DNA from: Eledone cirrhosa | Taxonomy: Eukaryota | Assembly: GCA_964016885.1 (NCBI GenBank) | Contig: OZ024742.1 | Coordinates: forward strand, 206,088,001-206,152,000 | DNA: 64,000 nt | Direction of reading: 5' to 3' | Shown: in pieces, positions 28,344 through 41,355 of the stretch | How the letters are laid out: the number at the start of each line of letters is the position of its first letter | How positions within the stretch are numbered: the first letter of the stretch is position 1 | Notes under the pieces: model-generated | Told to the model about the DNA's origin: nothing | Databases searched by the model: none | Seen by the model: only the letters and a program-made list of their open reading frames with translations | Position numbers and translations under genes: made by a program

Positions 28344-28901
28344 TTATAAATTACACCTAGTTCTGAACGTGGAATTTTGGCGATGTCTGCGAGAATTAAA
28401 TAATTCTGTCCTGAGATTAAAAGAGTTTTGACAGTTAATTATATAAAAAATTTCTTCAATACACAATTTACAGAATTTTGATAAAGCCATATTTCGTAAC
28501 GCAGGTGCTTTTGAAATCGTTTTCCAAGATATTGAACAGTCTATATTCTTGCTTTTTAAGTTCCATATAAGATGTGAAAGAGAAGTAGAAGATTTTTTAT
28601 TAGATCTTCTAAAAGAATGATTATGGTTATTCCAGCGTTCTTTAAATTTTGTAGAAGTGGCACCGACATAGTTAAATATATTATCTCTAGTTTTAACTGC
28701 GCATTTATAAACTACGTTTTTATCTAAACACTTATTTTGTAAAGGGCAGTTTGATTTGATTCTACAGTTACATTTTACGGAGTTGTTGTTGCTTGGAACG
28801 GTACTATTATACTGGATATTGCTAGAAATATTATTATTACTATTATGGCTATTTTGGTTAGGGTTAACATTTAAGTTCAAATTGTTAGGATGAGTAAGCA
28901 A
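28344..28901 (-). mobile_element. Naiad-like PLE GIY-YIG fragment
   Basis: CNCRIKSNCPLQNKCL, VVYKC, YVGAT..FKERWNNH, CKLCIEE. Confidence 0.88.
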
Positions 28902-29034
28902 ATGAATATGTAAATGAGGTTAAGATGTATGATTGAAAAACCGTTATTTTAAACGGTATGGAAAATTTAGATATATGTTTATATTAGTAGGAGAGAAAGA
29001 AGGAAAAACAAAAAGAAGAAAACCACTTATATAA

Positions 29035-29164
<130 letters not shown>

Positions 29165-29170
29165 GTATAT

Positions 29171-29226
<56 letters not shown>

Positions 29227-29279
29227 ATTATATGTGTGTATATATATATATGAGTATATATATATATTATATATATAGA

Positions 29280-29338
<59 letters not shown>

Positions 29339-29339
29339 G

Positions 29340-29444
29340 TATAATAGTAGTTGTTCTATGGTACTAATTTGAGATACCAGAACTGTAAATATGAGCGACA
29401 GTTCTGGTATCTCAAATTAGTACCATAGAACAATCACTATTATA
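29340..29444. repeat. hairpin, 47-bp arms, 11-nt loop
   Basis: 29340-29386 is a near-perfect reverse complement of 29398-29444. Confidence 0.88.
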
Positions 29445-29700
29445 GACACCATATATATTTCCGTGGGTACTTAATACCTACTGGAATATCTATATCATTT
29501 ATTTGAATTCTCCTTTAATGTAGAGAAAAAATGTATTATGCTGCTATTTCTAGTAGCATGAAATATTAACGCGTCTATAATTCCCGCTTTTTCTTACGGC
29601 CTATTTATGTGTGGGTCATTTTAACGGCTTGATTTCATACACCGGGCAGATAGCGATACATCTACTTCTACTTGTATTTATGTCTAGTAGGTTTGGAAAA

Positions 29701-29780
29701 GCTGTCTGAAGAGCTGTATCTTTCCATTGGAAATTCTCTGAATTTCCAATCTTTTGATCAGCGAAACCGTCGGTCACGGC
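29701..29780 (+). ncRNA. hammerhead ribozyme with extended stem II
   Basis: GCTGT-CTGAAGA-GCTG(T)ATC..ATTGGAAATTC/GAATTTCCAAT..GATCAGC-GAAA-CCGTCGG-TC-ACGGC. Confidence 0.88.
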
Positions 29781-29871
29781 ATTAGAAGAGGTAAATATTT
29801 AAATCGTATTTTAATTTATTTAAAAGATTGTTTAATGTTTGCTTGTTCCGCTGATATATATATATATATAA

Positions 29872-30104
29872 AATAATATATAAGATCAAAAGATGGTTAA
29901 AAGAGTTCCATGTATTTTATTATGCGCATTTCAAAAACAAATATCATCATGCAATAACATGCGCATAATAAAATACATGGAACTCTTTTAACCATCTTTT
30001 GATTTTATATATTATTATTTATACTCCAGTCCTACAAACTGTAGAGTGCTACTTATCCGATATCTGCATTGCTTTATTGTACTACAATAAAACTCACCTC
30101 CTAC
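29872..30104. repeat. fold-back PLE terminus with tail
   Basis: About 29872-29929 is the reverse complement of about 29959-30016. Same family as 14095-15355. Confidence 0.8.
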
Positions 30105-30185
30105 ATATATATATATATATCTATATATATATATATATATATATTTCGTTTCTGAATTATTGGCAACATGACCCTCCCAAAGTAT

Positions 30186-30269
<84 letters not shown>

Positions 30270-30543
30270 CAGTATATATATATTATATATATATTATGTG
30301 TATATATATATATATAAACCAACCACGCATATCTTTACTATCTCTAATCCTTCTATAGATTTAGAAAAATAACCAATAATATATTCTATAAAAAATGTCA
30401 AAACAACAGATGGGAATCTAATTAATCACTGCCACCAAGAATTCTCACTGCTATCGAAAAACCACTCCTTCAACTATTCTTCTAACAACTTCACCCCTTC
30501 CTCCTAATATTCTCTATAAAAACTAAATAGGTCCTCAGTAATA

Positions 30544-30660
30544 TTATTCTGATGAAATGACAGTAAACAATAACATTGAAATATTGAATGTCTGCATAAC
30601 TAAAAGTTTGTAGATAGCTGTTTTAGGTTATGTAACTGTTATAGAAACACGTGTCAATAA
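30544..30660 (+). ncRNA. hammerhead motif with long stem II
   Basis: TTATT-CTGATGA-A-ATGACAGT..ACTGTTAT-A-GAAA-CACGTG-TC-AATAA. Confidence 0.72.
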
Positions 30661-30807
30661 ATTCCTTTCAACTAAACTGTATCCATTCAAATCTTTCTAT
30701 TTTTCTCCGGATTACTTTTGGAACTACAACTGGAACCGTCGAGCAAACTCTACGTGAGCTGATAATCTACTGTGTGTAATATTTATATTACAACACAACG
30801 GAAAAAA

Positions 30808-30850
<43 letters not shown>

Positions 30851-30925
30851 ATTATATATATTATTTGTATATATATTTATATATATTATATATATATATT
30901 ATGTGTATATATATATTGTATATAT

Positions 30926-30995
<70 letters not shown>

Positions 30996-31309
30996 GATTG
31001 ACATTGTTCGCTATACAATAAGGGCTTTATTCACATTGCTGACAATTCTTTCTTTGATCTGGCAGGTCTAGAGTTCGCTATACGCCTGATTTTGCACCAA
31101 TCGATCTCCAATACTTTGTTTATAACCAGTCTTTTTCATCGGAGCGGGTGAAATGAAGAAAATACATAAGGCATGGTTTTTATATAAGTGTGGTATTAAA
31201 CCAGAACAATAATATCAATGATAAAATAAAATAACTAGATAGCAGACAATTAAAATAATAACATCAATATAAGTAAGAGATAGAGTATAATGGAGAATCT
31301 AGCATGTTA

Positions 31310-32820
31310 AACAGACTGATATGATACAGATGTCTGGAATTGACATGTGAAAACTGCTATAGGGTACATTAGATATAGTGATAGGGTAGCGACTAGATAA
31401 CAGTAATAACTAAGATGTACTTGGAGATAGAATTTATGAGGTATCCACTGTGCTGTAGGTATTCTAGCAATAAACCGGAGATTTACTTTTTATTTTTTTT
31501 ATTATTTGGCAGATAAACATTTTCGTTTGATTAATTTAGTGATGATGATAGTTTTTATGTGGTGTTAAATAGAGTTGTAGATTCGTTATTTAAGTAGCCT
31601 ATACTAGAGGTAGGGATTGTTAGTTCGAATCGTGGGGGTTTAGTTTTCACAGCATCAATAACAAATCATGTATAAATATAACAGTGATAACAACAATAAT
31701 AGAAGGTAGTAAAGTAGTAAAATGTGCATGGTAAGTATATAGAACATCATGAATAATATTAGGGCTATATTGAGATGTTCATAATAATAATAATAATAAG
31801 AAGAAGAATAAGAAGAGGAAAGTGAGATTTCAAGGGGTGTAGGAGTAATAAGATAATGTACATAGAATTAGGTTCATCTGTTAGAGATCGTGAGTGCTAA
31901 TGAGAGATATAAATCCTTGGTCCGAAGTAGTGGGTAACAGCGAAGGTATGATTGATTTATGGGCTGATAAGATAGGTGTAGACATATTCTAGTGGGATAG
32001 AATTAGGGAGGCTATAAGGTATTTCTAGAAGATTATAGTTCCGTATGGGCTGTGTGAGAAGGTGGATTTCATATGTTAAAAGCTAAGTGGTATTGGTTCG
32101 AATCACGGTGGTTTAAATCTCGCGAATTTTGTAGCAATCTTATGTCTGCAGAAAATTGACCTTTCTATTTTGCTGTTGAGTAGCATTATATCGTTCCTTA
32201 AGATATGCAGCAATTCAAGGTTGCAGAGCCCACAGTAGGACATACCGCCGCTATACGTCTTTGCGGTCGCCAATTTCGACCAGCTAATATTATAATCAAG
32301 GTTTTTGTCCTTAAGTTGTCAGATTTTATTGGCGATGGTTGTAGAATTTACCAGTGCACGGTTCTTCATTGAATGTCTGTGCACATACGACCTTTTTTTA
32401 AAAGCACCCGCGGTGGATCCAATATAGTGCCAAGTGGAGTTGCCCGAGTTTATAGTACACATGTACACTAGGATTGAATCAAGGCACCTATTCGCTAGTG
32501 GGCACTTATCCGGTAGGTGACAGTTGCAGTTCGGGGTATTACTCTGTGTAGCTTTCACATTGCAGTTTTGTAAGCTATTGTATGTGGGTTGTGATTTATG
32601 CCTATTGAAATTTTGCTGCGGTGTGTTCATGTGCGTTTTCGGTTGTGATACTGTAATGTGTTTGTGTTTTGTGTTTGGTGTTATGTTGCGTATGGGTGGG
32701 ATATCTTTCCTAGGGGTATTCTTGTGGTTGATCTTGCGTATGTGCGATTCAATGTTTGCAGCAGTAGAGTATGAGAGTTTTATAGTTTTTCTATTGAAGA
32801 TTTTATGATATCTATGCGCA
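31310..32820 (-). mobile_element. Naiad-like PLE GIY-YIG + 3' UTR
   Basis: HRYHKIFNRKTIKLSYS, CNCHLPDKCPLANRCL, YIGST. Confidence 0.85.
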
Positions 32821-33992
32821 AACGCACATGAACACACCGCAGCAAAACTTCCATAGGCATAAATCACATATTTAATTATAGCTTGTAATCACCGTATACG
32901 AAAAACATTTAAGTACTATAAACCTAATTAAATATTCTAAATACCAACTCACTATAATTCTATGTAACGTACCTTTTGTTACTATCCCCTTCCTCTAATT
33001 ATAGGCCTTCCTGCTTATTTTTTAATTTTTTAACCTTTTAATTGTTTAGCTTCTATAGATTCATGCGTTACTGACTAAGGGCAACAAGGTACATAACCAC
33101 CTGTAATTGCATGGGTATACTTGTATCTATGTATGTATGATATGAGAATATATATGCATGTATATATATATATATATGTGTGTATATGTGTATGTGTGTA
33201 CATGTATGTATGTATAAGTGTGTGTGTATATATATATATATATGTGTGTGTGTTTGTGTACGCGCATGTATGTGTATGTATATGTTTATATCTATGTATG
33301 CGTATGTATGTTTTTAATGGAGTTTCAATGTAATTATACCTCTATCTATATATGTGAATATATGTACTTTTGTGATCTATGAAAATTATGCGTTTTGACG
33401 ATATGTCAACATGCATTTATCTGAGTTTGATTACTTATACATATACACACTTGAAAATATTTACTATTTTATATTTTATGATGCATCATACGCTATATTA
33501 TACTATGTACAATGTACCAAACTGAACTATATTATATTATATTATATTATTGTATTATTATATTTTACTATCTTATTATAATTTTCATCTTTTAATATAC
33601 TATCCTTCCTAGTTATGACCAGTACTTTACCTATATATATTTATCATAGTTATCTCTGTATATTTTATTTTTATTTTTATTTATTTATATTCACCTAAAA
33701 ATTCCATACAACACAACTCAACATTTAATTTTTACATTCCTTTTTAAACTTCACTCCACCATCTACATTCCACTATCATTATAACAATCCCCTTTTCCTC
33801 ATAGGTTCTTTATAGTAATTCTATTTTTAACACCATTCAACCATTCCTTTCAAAGGGTCATGACCTCAACTAAAGTGAGTTATATTTCATCTTAATATCA
33901 TATGGCAAAAAAAAAATTTGATTGGTTTGTTCTTCAGCTACCTCCAAATAAGGTCATAGAACTCAATTTACTATTGATTGTTAATAAAATTC

Positions 33993-34136
33993 TCATTGTT
34001 TTTGACAACGGTTGATGATATACATGTAAGTAAATATATTACTTATCTGATATTTTGTAACTAACCCTACATAGATCGATAACGAAATATGTGTACGATG
34101 TATTATTATCCCCTAGAAACGATCGTAAAGCAGTGA
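33993..34136 (+). ncRNA. hammerhead motif, U3-A8 core, long stem II insert
   Basis: TCATTGTTT-TTGACAA-..GATGATATACAT/ATGTATTATTATC..-GAAA-CGATCG-TA-AAGCAGTGA. Stem I is 9 bp. Confidence 0.7.
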
Positions 34137-34314
34137 AGTATATTTCTAATGAGTTGAATTTTTATTTTATTGTTTTAACTTATATCATGACTCTGTTTTC
34201 CTTTTGATATTTTATTGTTTTCCGGGATTTATTTTAACCTACAACATTTTCAACATATGGATTACATTGAGTTCTTCATGCAGACTAGACCCCACAACTA
34301 ACCGTGGTTATTTC

Positions 34315-34402
<88 letters not shown>

Positions 34403-34567
34403 CATATATATTACATATATTTTATATATTATATATATATATATATTATATATATTATATATATATTATATATATATTATGTATTATATATATAATATAT
34501 ATATAATATATATATTATATATATATTACATATATATATTATATATATATATTATATATACATTATA

Positions 34568-36018
34568 CTACCAGTTTAGCCCGGCGTTGCTCGGGTTTGT
34601 TCATTTGCTATGAAAAGTTACATCCAATAGCAAATTTAGCAGACCAAAGTTGCAAGATGGTGGCCATGATGCCGCTGGGTGTCAGATCTGTCCGCCATGG
34701 GTGACCCTACCAGGAAATAGTTTTCCAGACGGCATAGCTGCAATACCTCCAACACCTGCACCAACATCTATAGCACCTCTTTGTAGACGATATTGTGTGT
34801 CATCCCTTGAAGCAAAAAGTCCATTCCTGCTCCCTACGCGGGAACAGGAAACATAGAGTTGGCCATGGGAAAAGCATGGCACCCCCAAATGGTTGCCCGC
34901 CACCGACAATGTTTGCCCTTGTGACTTGTTAATGGACATGGCAAAACATGGTCTCACCGGGAATTGGGATCGCCGGAAATCGAACATGTTAACTGACGTC
35001 GAGGGGAAAAGGTTATCCTTGGCAGTGTATTCGGCAGAATTGCCAGAAGTACAACACTATGGGTGTTGTCATATTAATATTTAACCAATTAAAGTCGTAA
35101 AAAATAAATAATTTAAACATTCCGATTCATATGTCTATAGCATTAATCTGTTATATGAAGTGTTATTTTGCGGGTTGTTATTTGCAATAAGCCGATTTCA
35201 AATGCCGCAGAAACGCCGTATGTCAATACGGAACTCCAATGACTCCCCCAGCAGTTAAATTATAGAGAGGGAGAGAGTAAAGCTAAGAAACTATAGGGTG
35301 GTGTGTAAAACAGTGTTGTCATATAGAGAGTGAAGAGCGACAGAGAGAGTAAAGCAGTTAAATTATAGAGAGGGGGAATGATCTATTATAGAGAGAGGGA
35401 AGAGCGACGGAGAGAGTAAAGCTAAGAAACTATAGGGAGGTGTGTTAAACCTCAAAGCATGAAGAGAGTAAAGCAGTTAAATTATAGAGAGGGAGAATAA
35501 TCTATTATAGAGATAGGGAAGAGCGACGGAGAGAGAAAAGCTATGTTTGCTGTTGTATAAATTCATGTGTTGCTTAGTTTTCAAAGTTTATGTCGCGTTC
35601 CTGAACGTAGTAGAGGGAGGCATTAACCTTTTCAAGAGAGTTGCAGAGGAGGTTGAGAGGGGAGTAGATGGAGGGAAGAGCCTTTTAAAGAGAGTTGCAG
35701 AGGAGATTGAGAGGGGAGTAGAGGGAGGGATGAACCTTTTAAAGAGAGTTGCAACATGTATGTAGTTTCATAGACTGTTGAGGGTAGTAGAGAGAGGTAT
35801 TAAGCGGGTAAGAGAGAGGGTTACAGCATGTATTTAGTTTTATAGATATTTTCATAGAAGCAAGACATTTTTGGCAAAGTTTATTACGCGTTGACCATCG
35901 TTGGTAAATTTGGAGCACATTAGAAATAAATCATCAAAATCGGTAGAGAAATGTGGAAATGCATAAAAATCATACACACACACAGACAGACATATTCCGT
36001 TTTATATATATATATAGA
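34568..36018 (-). mobile_element. non-autonomous Helitron with Pif1 C-terminal remnant
   Basis: 5' end TCTATATATATATAAAA..TGTCTGTCTG. Remnant [26 protein letters not shown]. 3' hairpin CCCG/CGGG, then GTAG|T. Confidence 0.8.
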
Positions 36019-36418
36019 TATATATATTATATATATATTATATATATTATATAAATATATATTATATATAAATATATATTATATACATATGTATATATAT
36101 ACACACACACATATATATATATATACTATATTATATTTTAAATTTGTCTGCGGAACAGGTTTGGATTTTGAAATTAAATTTGACCAGGTATCACGGTTAT
36201 TACCAATATGGGTTTGTTTTTATTGATTTATTATTTTAAATCGAGACAGGCAAACTATATTTATTTTAATTAGTATATTTCAATCTAGCTAACTTGGTCA
36301 TTTACAATACAAACACTTATGTGTTTATCATACGGGGTCGATAAAATAAAGTACCAGTAATCTACTGGGTAATTGCTGGCCTTGTGCCAAAAGTAGAAAC
36401 AATTAATTTATATTAACT

Positions 36419-36533
<115 letters not shown>

Positions 36534-36625
36534 ACATATATATATAAATATATATATATATTCTAATTTAGTCCAGAAATAGCCATCGAAATGGGTTGAG
36601 CTCTGCCGTCGGGGTCATTCTTTTT

Positions 36626-36681
<56 letters not shown>

Positions 36682-36909
36682 AATGGAAGTACAGCATAAT
36701 CGAAGCTCTGGCTGCAGCTAAGCTAACGAATGCAATCGGAATGTGCAAATAAGCACTCAATAATGTATTTTACCTTAGAGTAATGACATTACATTTAGAC
36801 AGCTTTGCAAATTGAAGATTGTGACCGGCAAGCCAGCCGCAGGGACCAAAGCAATGAGAAAATTGACTCAGGATATATAATGTATATTTACATAATATAT
36901 ATAATATAT

Positions 36910-37000
<91 letters not shown>

Positions 37001-37657
37001 CACATAAGAAACGGAGAATCAGTGTTGCGACGAATAAAATGTAGACATATTACAATCGTTTCTCTGGCAACCAGCTTGAGGCACGATCAATGTAATGAAC
37101 GAACCTGACTATGAAATTGCAGAGTCATGTTTGATCATTACATCGCAACACTGATTCTCTGTTTCTTATGTGATATCATATTCTGCTCTGTAAGAGCATA
37201 GAGTGCTCAAACGGCCTACGGCTTACGGACGCTTTAAGCATCCCACACCAATTATATATATATATATATATATATATAGATATATATATATATATATATA
37301 TAACCGGGTTTTTTAAACAACAGTTTTTTCTGCTCTTTTGTCGTTATTTCTTCTTTCTTTCTCTTTTTTTCTTGTTTATATATATATATATTTCTTCATC
37401 CTTTTCACCCATCTATATATTCATTGATATATGTATTTTTATTTTCTCTCTTCCTTTTTCTTATATATATATTTTTTGCATATCCTCTTCTTTACACACT
37501 CTCTTATATCTCTAATTCGCTCCACGTCCTTTTCTTCTTTAAGTGTATCATATTATTATTTGTGGTATATAAATGTTGAGATTTGATGAAATAAATCACT
37601 GCTAATACTGGAATTGAAATATCAAGACCGTAGAGGTATGTCATATATCAAATCATA

Positions 37658-37726
37658 TATTTTATCTGACGAGGACGTACTGGAAAAAAAACAACACAGT
37701 ACCTTCGAAATATATATAATAAAGCA
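37658..37726 (+). ncRNA. hammerhead ribozyme in left terminal repeat
   Basis: TATTTTAT-CTGACGA-GGACGTACTG..CAGTACCTTC-GAAA-TATATA-TA-ATAAAGCA. Confidence 0.85.
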
Positions 37727-38977
37727 TATATTTTGATTATGTGAATATCTTCATTTGTTAATATTTTGAATAATATTAAAACTCCAGGAATATTTCACTA
37801 TTGAGTGCTTTTAATCTATTGTAAAACTGTATTCATTGAGTAATCAATGAACCATATTAATCTTTGGTCATATTTAGCTCCTTGACGGTTGAGCGCTTCT
37901 TCTGCAATAGATTACTAACAAGTGATGGAGTTCTTCAGGATTTCTTCATCTCTTAAAGATATACCTTTACCATCTAACGAAGAATATATGAAAAAAACCT
38001 ATTGCACAAACCAACTCCTTCATAAGAAGACTGCGGTGGTGTGCTTTTCACTTTGAAAATAAAGACAAAACGGATAATAAAAACACCAACCACAATTTCG
38101 AGAATATTTTTAAATCTAGGAAAAATCCTCCTTACAACAAACTCTTGGCTAATTTCGAAAACGAAATTATAAATATATTAAGGAATACAAAATAAAAATT
38201 AAAAAAAAAACATATAGAGGCCAAGAATACCTTAGAGGTCTAAAGGGAAAAATTAATGTCATACAGAAAGTAAGCAGAATATTAGTGAAATCAGACAAAA
38301 CAAACAATCTATATGGGATTGAAAGAACAAAATATAACGACTTAATTTTAAAAGAATTGAGAAAAAATTACAAAAAGTCCCCAAGTGAAGACTTATTGGA
38401 TATTAATAATGATGCATTTGAAATTATCACTAATCTCGGAATAGAGCGGAAAACCGAACCCTTCATACAAAGGCAACCATGGATAAATTTTAAATACCAT
38501 AAAAGTAATTTTGAAGAAGAATTACCTGTTAGACTTATTGCACCTTCGAAATCAGATCACGGAATAATTAGTAAAAACATTATAGATAGGATTTTACTAA
38601 CGCTTAAATTTAAATTTAGGTCAAGGCTAAACCTATGGAAGGGCACTAATGAAGTCATAGATTGGTTCAATAATATAGAAAATAAAAAAATTCAGAAGTT
38701 CATTCAAATGGACATTGCGAGTTATTATTCCTCAATAACTCCTAACCTACTAAATAACGCGCTATCGTATGCATATAATCACACGGATCTATCTAGTGAT
38801 GAGATAAATATTATTTTAAGTGCAAGGCGAATATTGATAGAATTTAATAATTGTTTCTACTTTTGGCACAAGGCCAGCAATTACTCAGTACATTACTGGT
38901 ACTTTATTTTATCGACCCCGTAAGGATGAAAGGCAAAGTTAACCTCGGCAGGATTTGATAATGATCTTTGGACTAAC

Positions 38978-39568
38978 ACTTAGTCCAGACTCACTATAAA
39001 GGCTGGAGACATGATGTGATGGGCAGGGTGATCCACTGGCACCTATTCAAAGTAAACAATTTACCCCATTCTGAGAAGTGGTATGAGCATAAGCCAGAGT
39101 CGGTGATAGAAAACGATCAGGTGAAGGTGCTATGGGATTTTAGGATACAGATGGACAAGAAACTGGAACACAATAGACCTGACCTGGTGGTTTTGGACAA
39201 GGAAAAAAGATCGTGCCTGATTGTGGATGTGGCCTGCCCATTCGACACGAGAGTGCAAGAGAAGGAGAGGGAAAAAATTAACCGATACCAGGACTTAAAG
39301 TGGGAGGTAAAAAGGATTTGGAACTGCCATGAAGTCAAAGTGGTCCCGATTGTCATAGGCGCACTAGGTACTATCTCAAAACGTTTCCAGGGATTGTTAA
39401 AGAAAATTGGCCCCGCCCCGCTTTTTTGAACACTTCAAAAGGCATGCTTGCTGGGAACAGCAAGAACTCTCCGAAACGTCCTGAATATCTGAGGCTGCAG
39501 GTAGTGGCTTGATATTTATTTCAACAAACTTTCCAGTTAACTAACATCAATGACTGAGACTCAAAGAA
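38978..39568 (+). mobile_element. 5'-truncated R4/Dong copy
   Basis: Close match to about 44234-44823. Ends in (TAA)n. Confidence 0.9.
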
Positions 39569-39931
39569 TAATAATAATAATAATAATATTGACTATAAAA
39601 ACAACTACCTGAGGAATAAATTGGGGGAAAAAATAAGAACTAGATCTATAATCTGGTATGCTCCGCCAGCATCTTTAGCTATTAAAACACCTTTAGCACA
39701 CTTATTTTTTAAAGCCTTGGACAAATGCTTCCCTAGATCACATAAATATTACTCTATCTTCAATAGACACACAGTTAAACTCTCTTTTTCAACAACTATG
39801 AATATTGCTCAAAATATAGCAAAAATAAATAGTAAAAATCTTAATTTGAACCAAAATATAAATAGCGATAATAACAATAATAATAATAATACATTACTTC
39901 ATGGCAATAACAATAATAATAACTTAAATAC

Positions 39932-39976
<45 letters not shown>

Positions 39977-40142
39977 GGGAAGAAGACGCACGAGGTGACG
40001 GAGGTCATGAAATCGCTCCCGTAAGTTTTGAATTTTTAACATATTTAAATCATTTGTGAAATAACAACTCTTAGTACAAATGCTACGTAAAGCACCCGGC
40101 TTGAGCCCCAAAAAAATTCGGACCCAAAATATATTGTTATAA

Positions 40143-40787
40143 GGCTCAAATATTCAAATATTCAACTTTGTATTGTACACTGTATATCCAAAAAAAAATG
40201 GCTATAAATGGAAGAAGAAGAACCCCCCCCCCTCCTCTCCTCTGGCTACACTATATAGGACAGCTAAACTCACCAACACCAGAAACTAGATACACCACCC
40301 ACCCCATCATCTGTGTACACTAAACACAACAGCATTTTCACCTTCACCGCCACCGCTCACTACGGCCATCATTACCACCACTATCCCATCACCGCCGCCA
40401 CCACCCCTTGACTCCTTCACTGCTGCTGCCACCGCTACAGCACCATCACTACAGTAATACGGCTCAAATATTCAAATATTCAACTTTGTATTGTACACTG
40501 TATATCCCCAAAAAAATAAAATGGCTATAAATGGAAGAAGAAGAACCCTCCCCCCCTCCTCTCCTCTGGCTACACTATATAGGACAGCGAAACTCACCAA
40601 CACCAGAAACTAGATACACCACCCACCCCATCATCTGTGTACACTAAACACAACAGCATTTTCACCTTCACCGCCACCGCTCACTACGGCCATCATTACC
40701 ACCACTATCCCATCACCGCCGCCACCACCCCCTGACTCCTTCACTGCTGCTGCCACCGCTACAGCACCATCACTACAGTAATACGGT
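40143..40787. repeat. tandem duplication of about 318 bp upstream of the R4/Dong ORF
   Basis: 40143-40460 approximately equals 40461-40787. Confidence 0.9.
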
Positions 40788-41355
40788 CGCATCACCGCCA
40801 CCACTGCCTCGGTATCGACATCACCACCACCACTGTCTCAGTATCGCCAACGCCGCCAGTCTCTGCTGGCTACCACTTCCACATTATAGAATTCCTACTA
40901 CTAACAAAGAGGAAGGCATCAAAATATATAGATAGACTCAAAAGAAAAAAGAAAAAACAAACAACAAAAGCAGCACAGCAACAACAGTAAAAAACGAGAA
41001 AAACAGAGAAAAACAAAAACAAAAAAAGAAACCCCAAAAACGTAAAGAAAATAAGAATGAAGAGAGAAGCAGGCGGACGGACAGAGAAGAGGGGGGAAAA
41101 AGTAAAACTTAAAAAACAAAAACTAAGTCAGACATTCGAATACTACATTACAATGAAACTTATGCTTATTCATTTTTGGGGCCCTTTCTGCCCGTGTGTT
41201 TGTTTGTTTATGTGTGTCCGTATACAGCGTGGTGATAATGCCACACAAGGGCCAAGTGGGATGGCGGATCCACAGATGGCTATGTAAACATACATTCGCC
41301 AATCCTCGATAAGAGTGTTTAAATATCGAACATAAACAGTTCGAATAACGGTGAA

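Noticed and set aside
35250-35760. CRISPR-like spaced repeats
   Set aside because: Degenerate GA-rich internal Helitron repeats with no unique spacers and no cas genes, in a eukaryotic context.
41170-41345. HDV-like ribozyme ahead of the R4/Dong ORF
   Set aside because: One 7-bp pairing is visible, but I could not place P1.1, P3 or the catalytic C.
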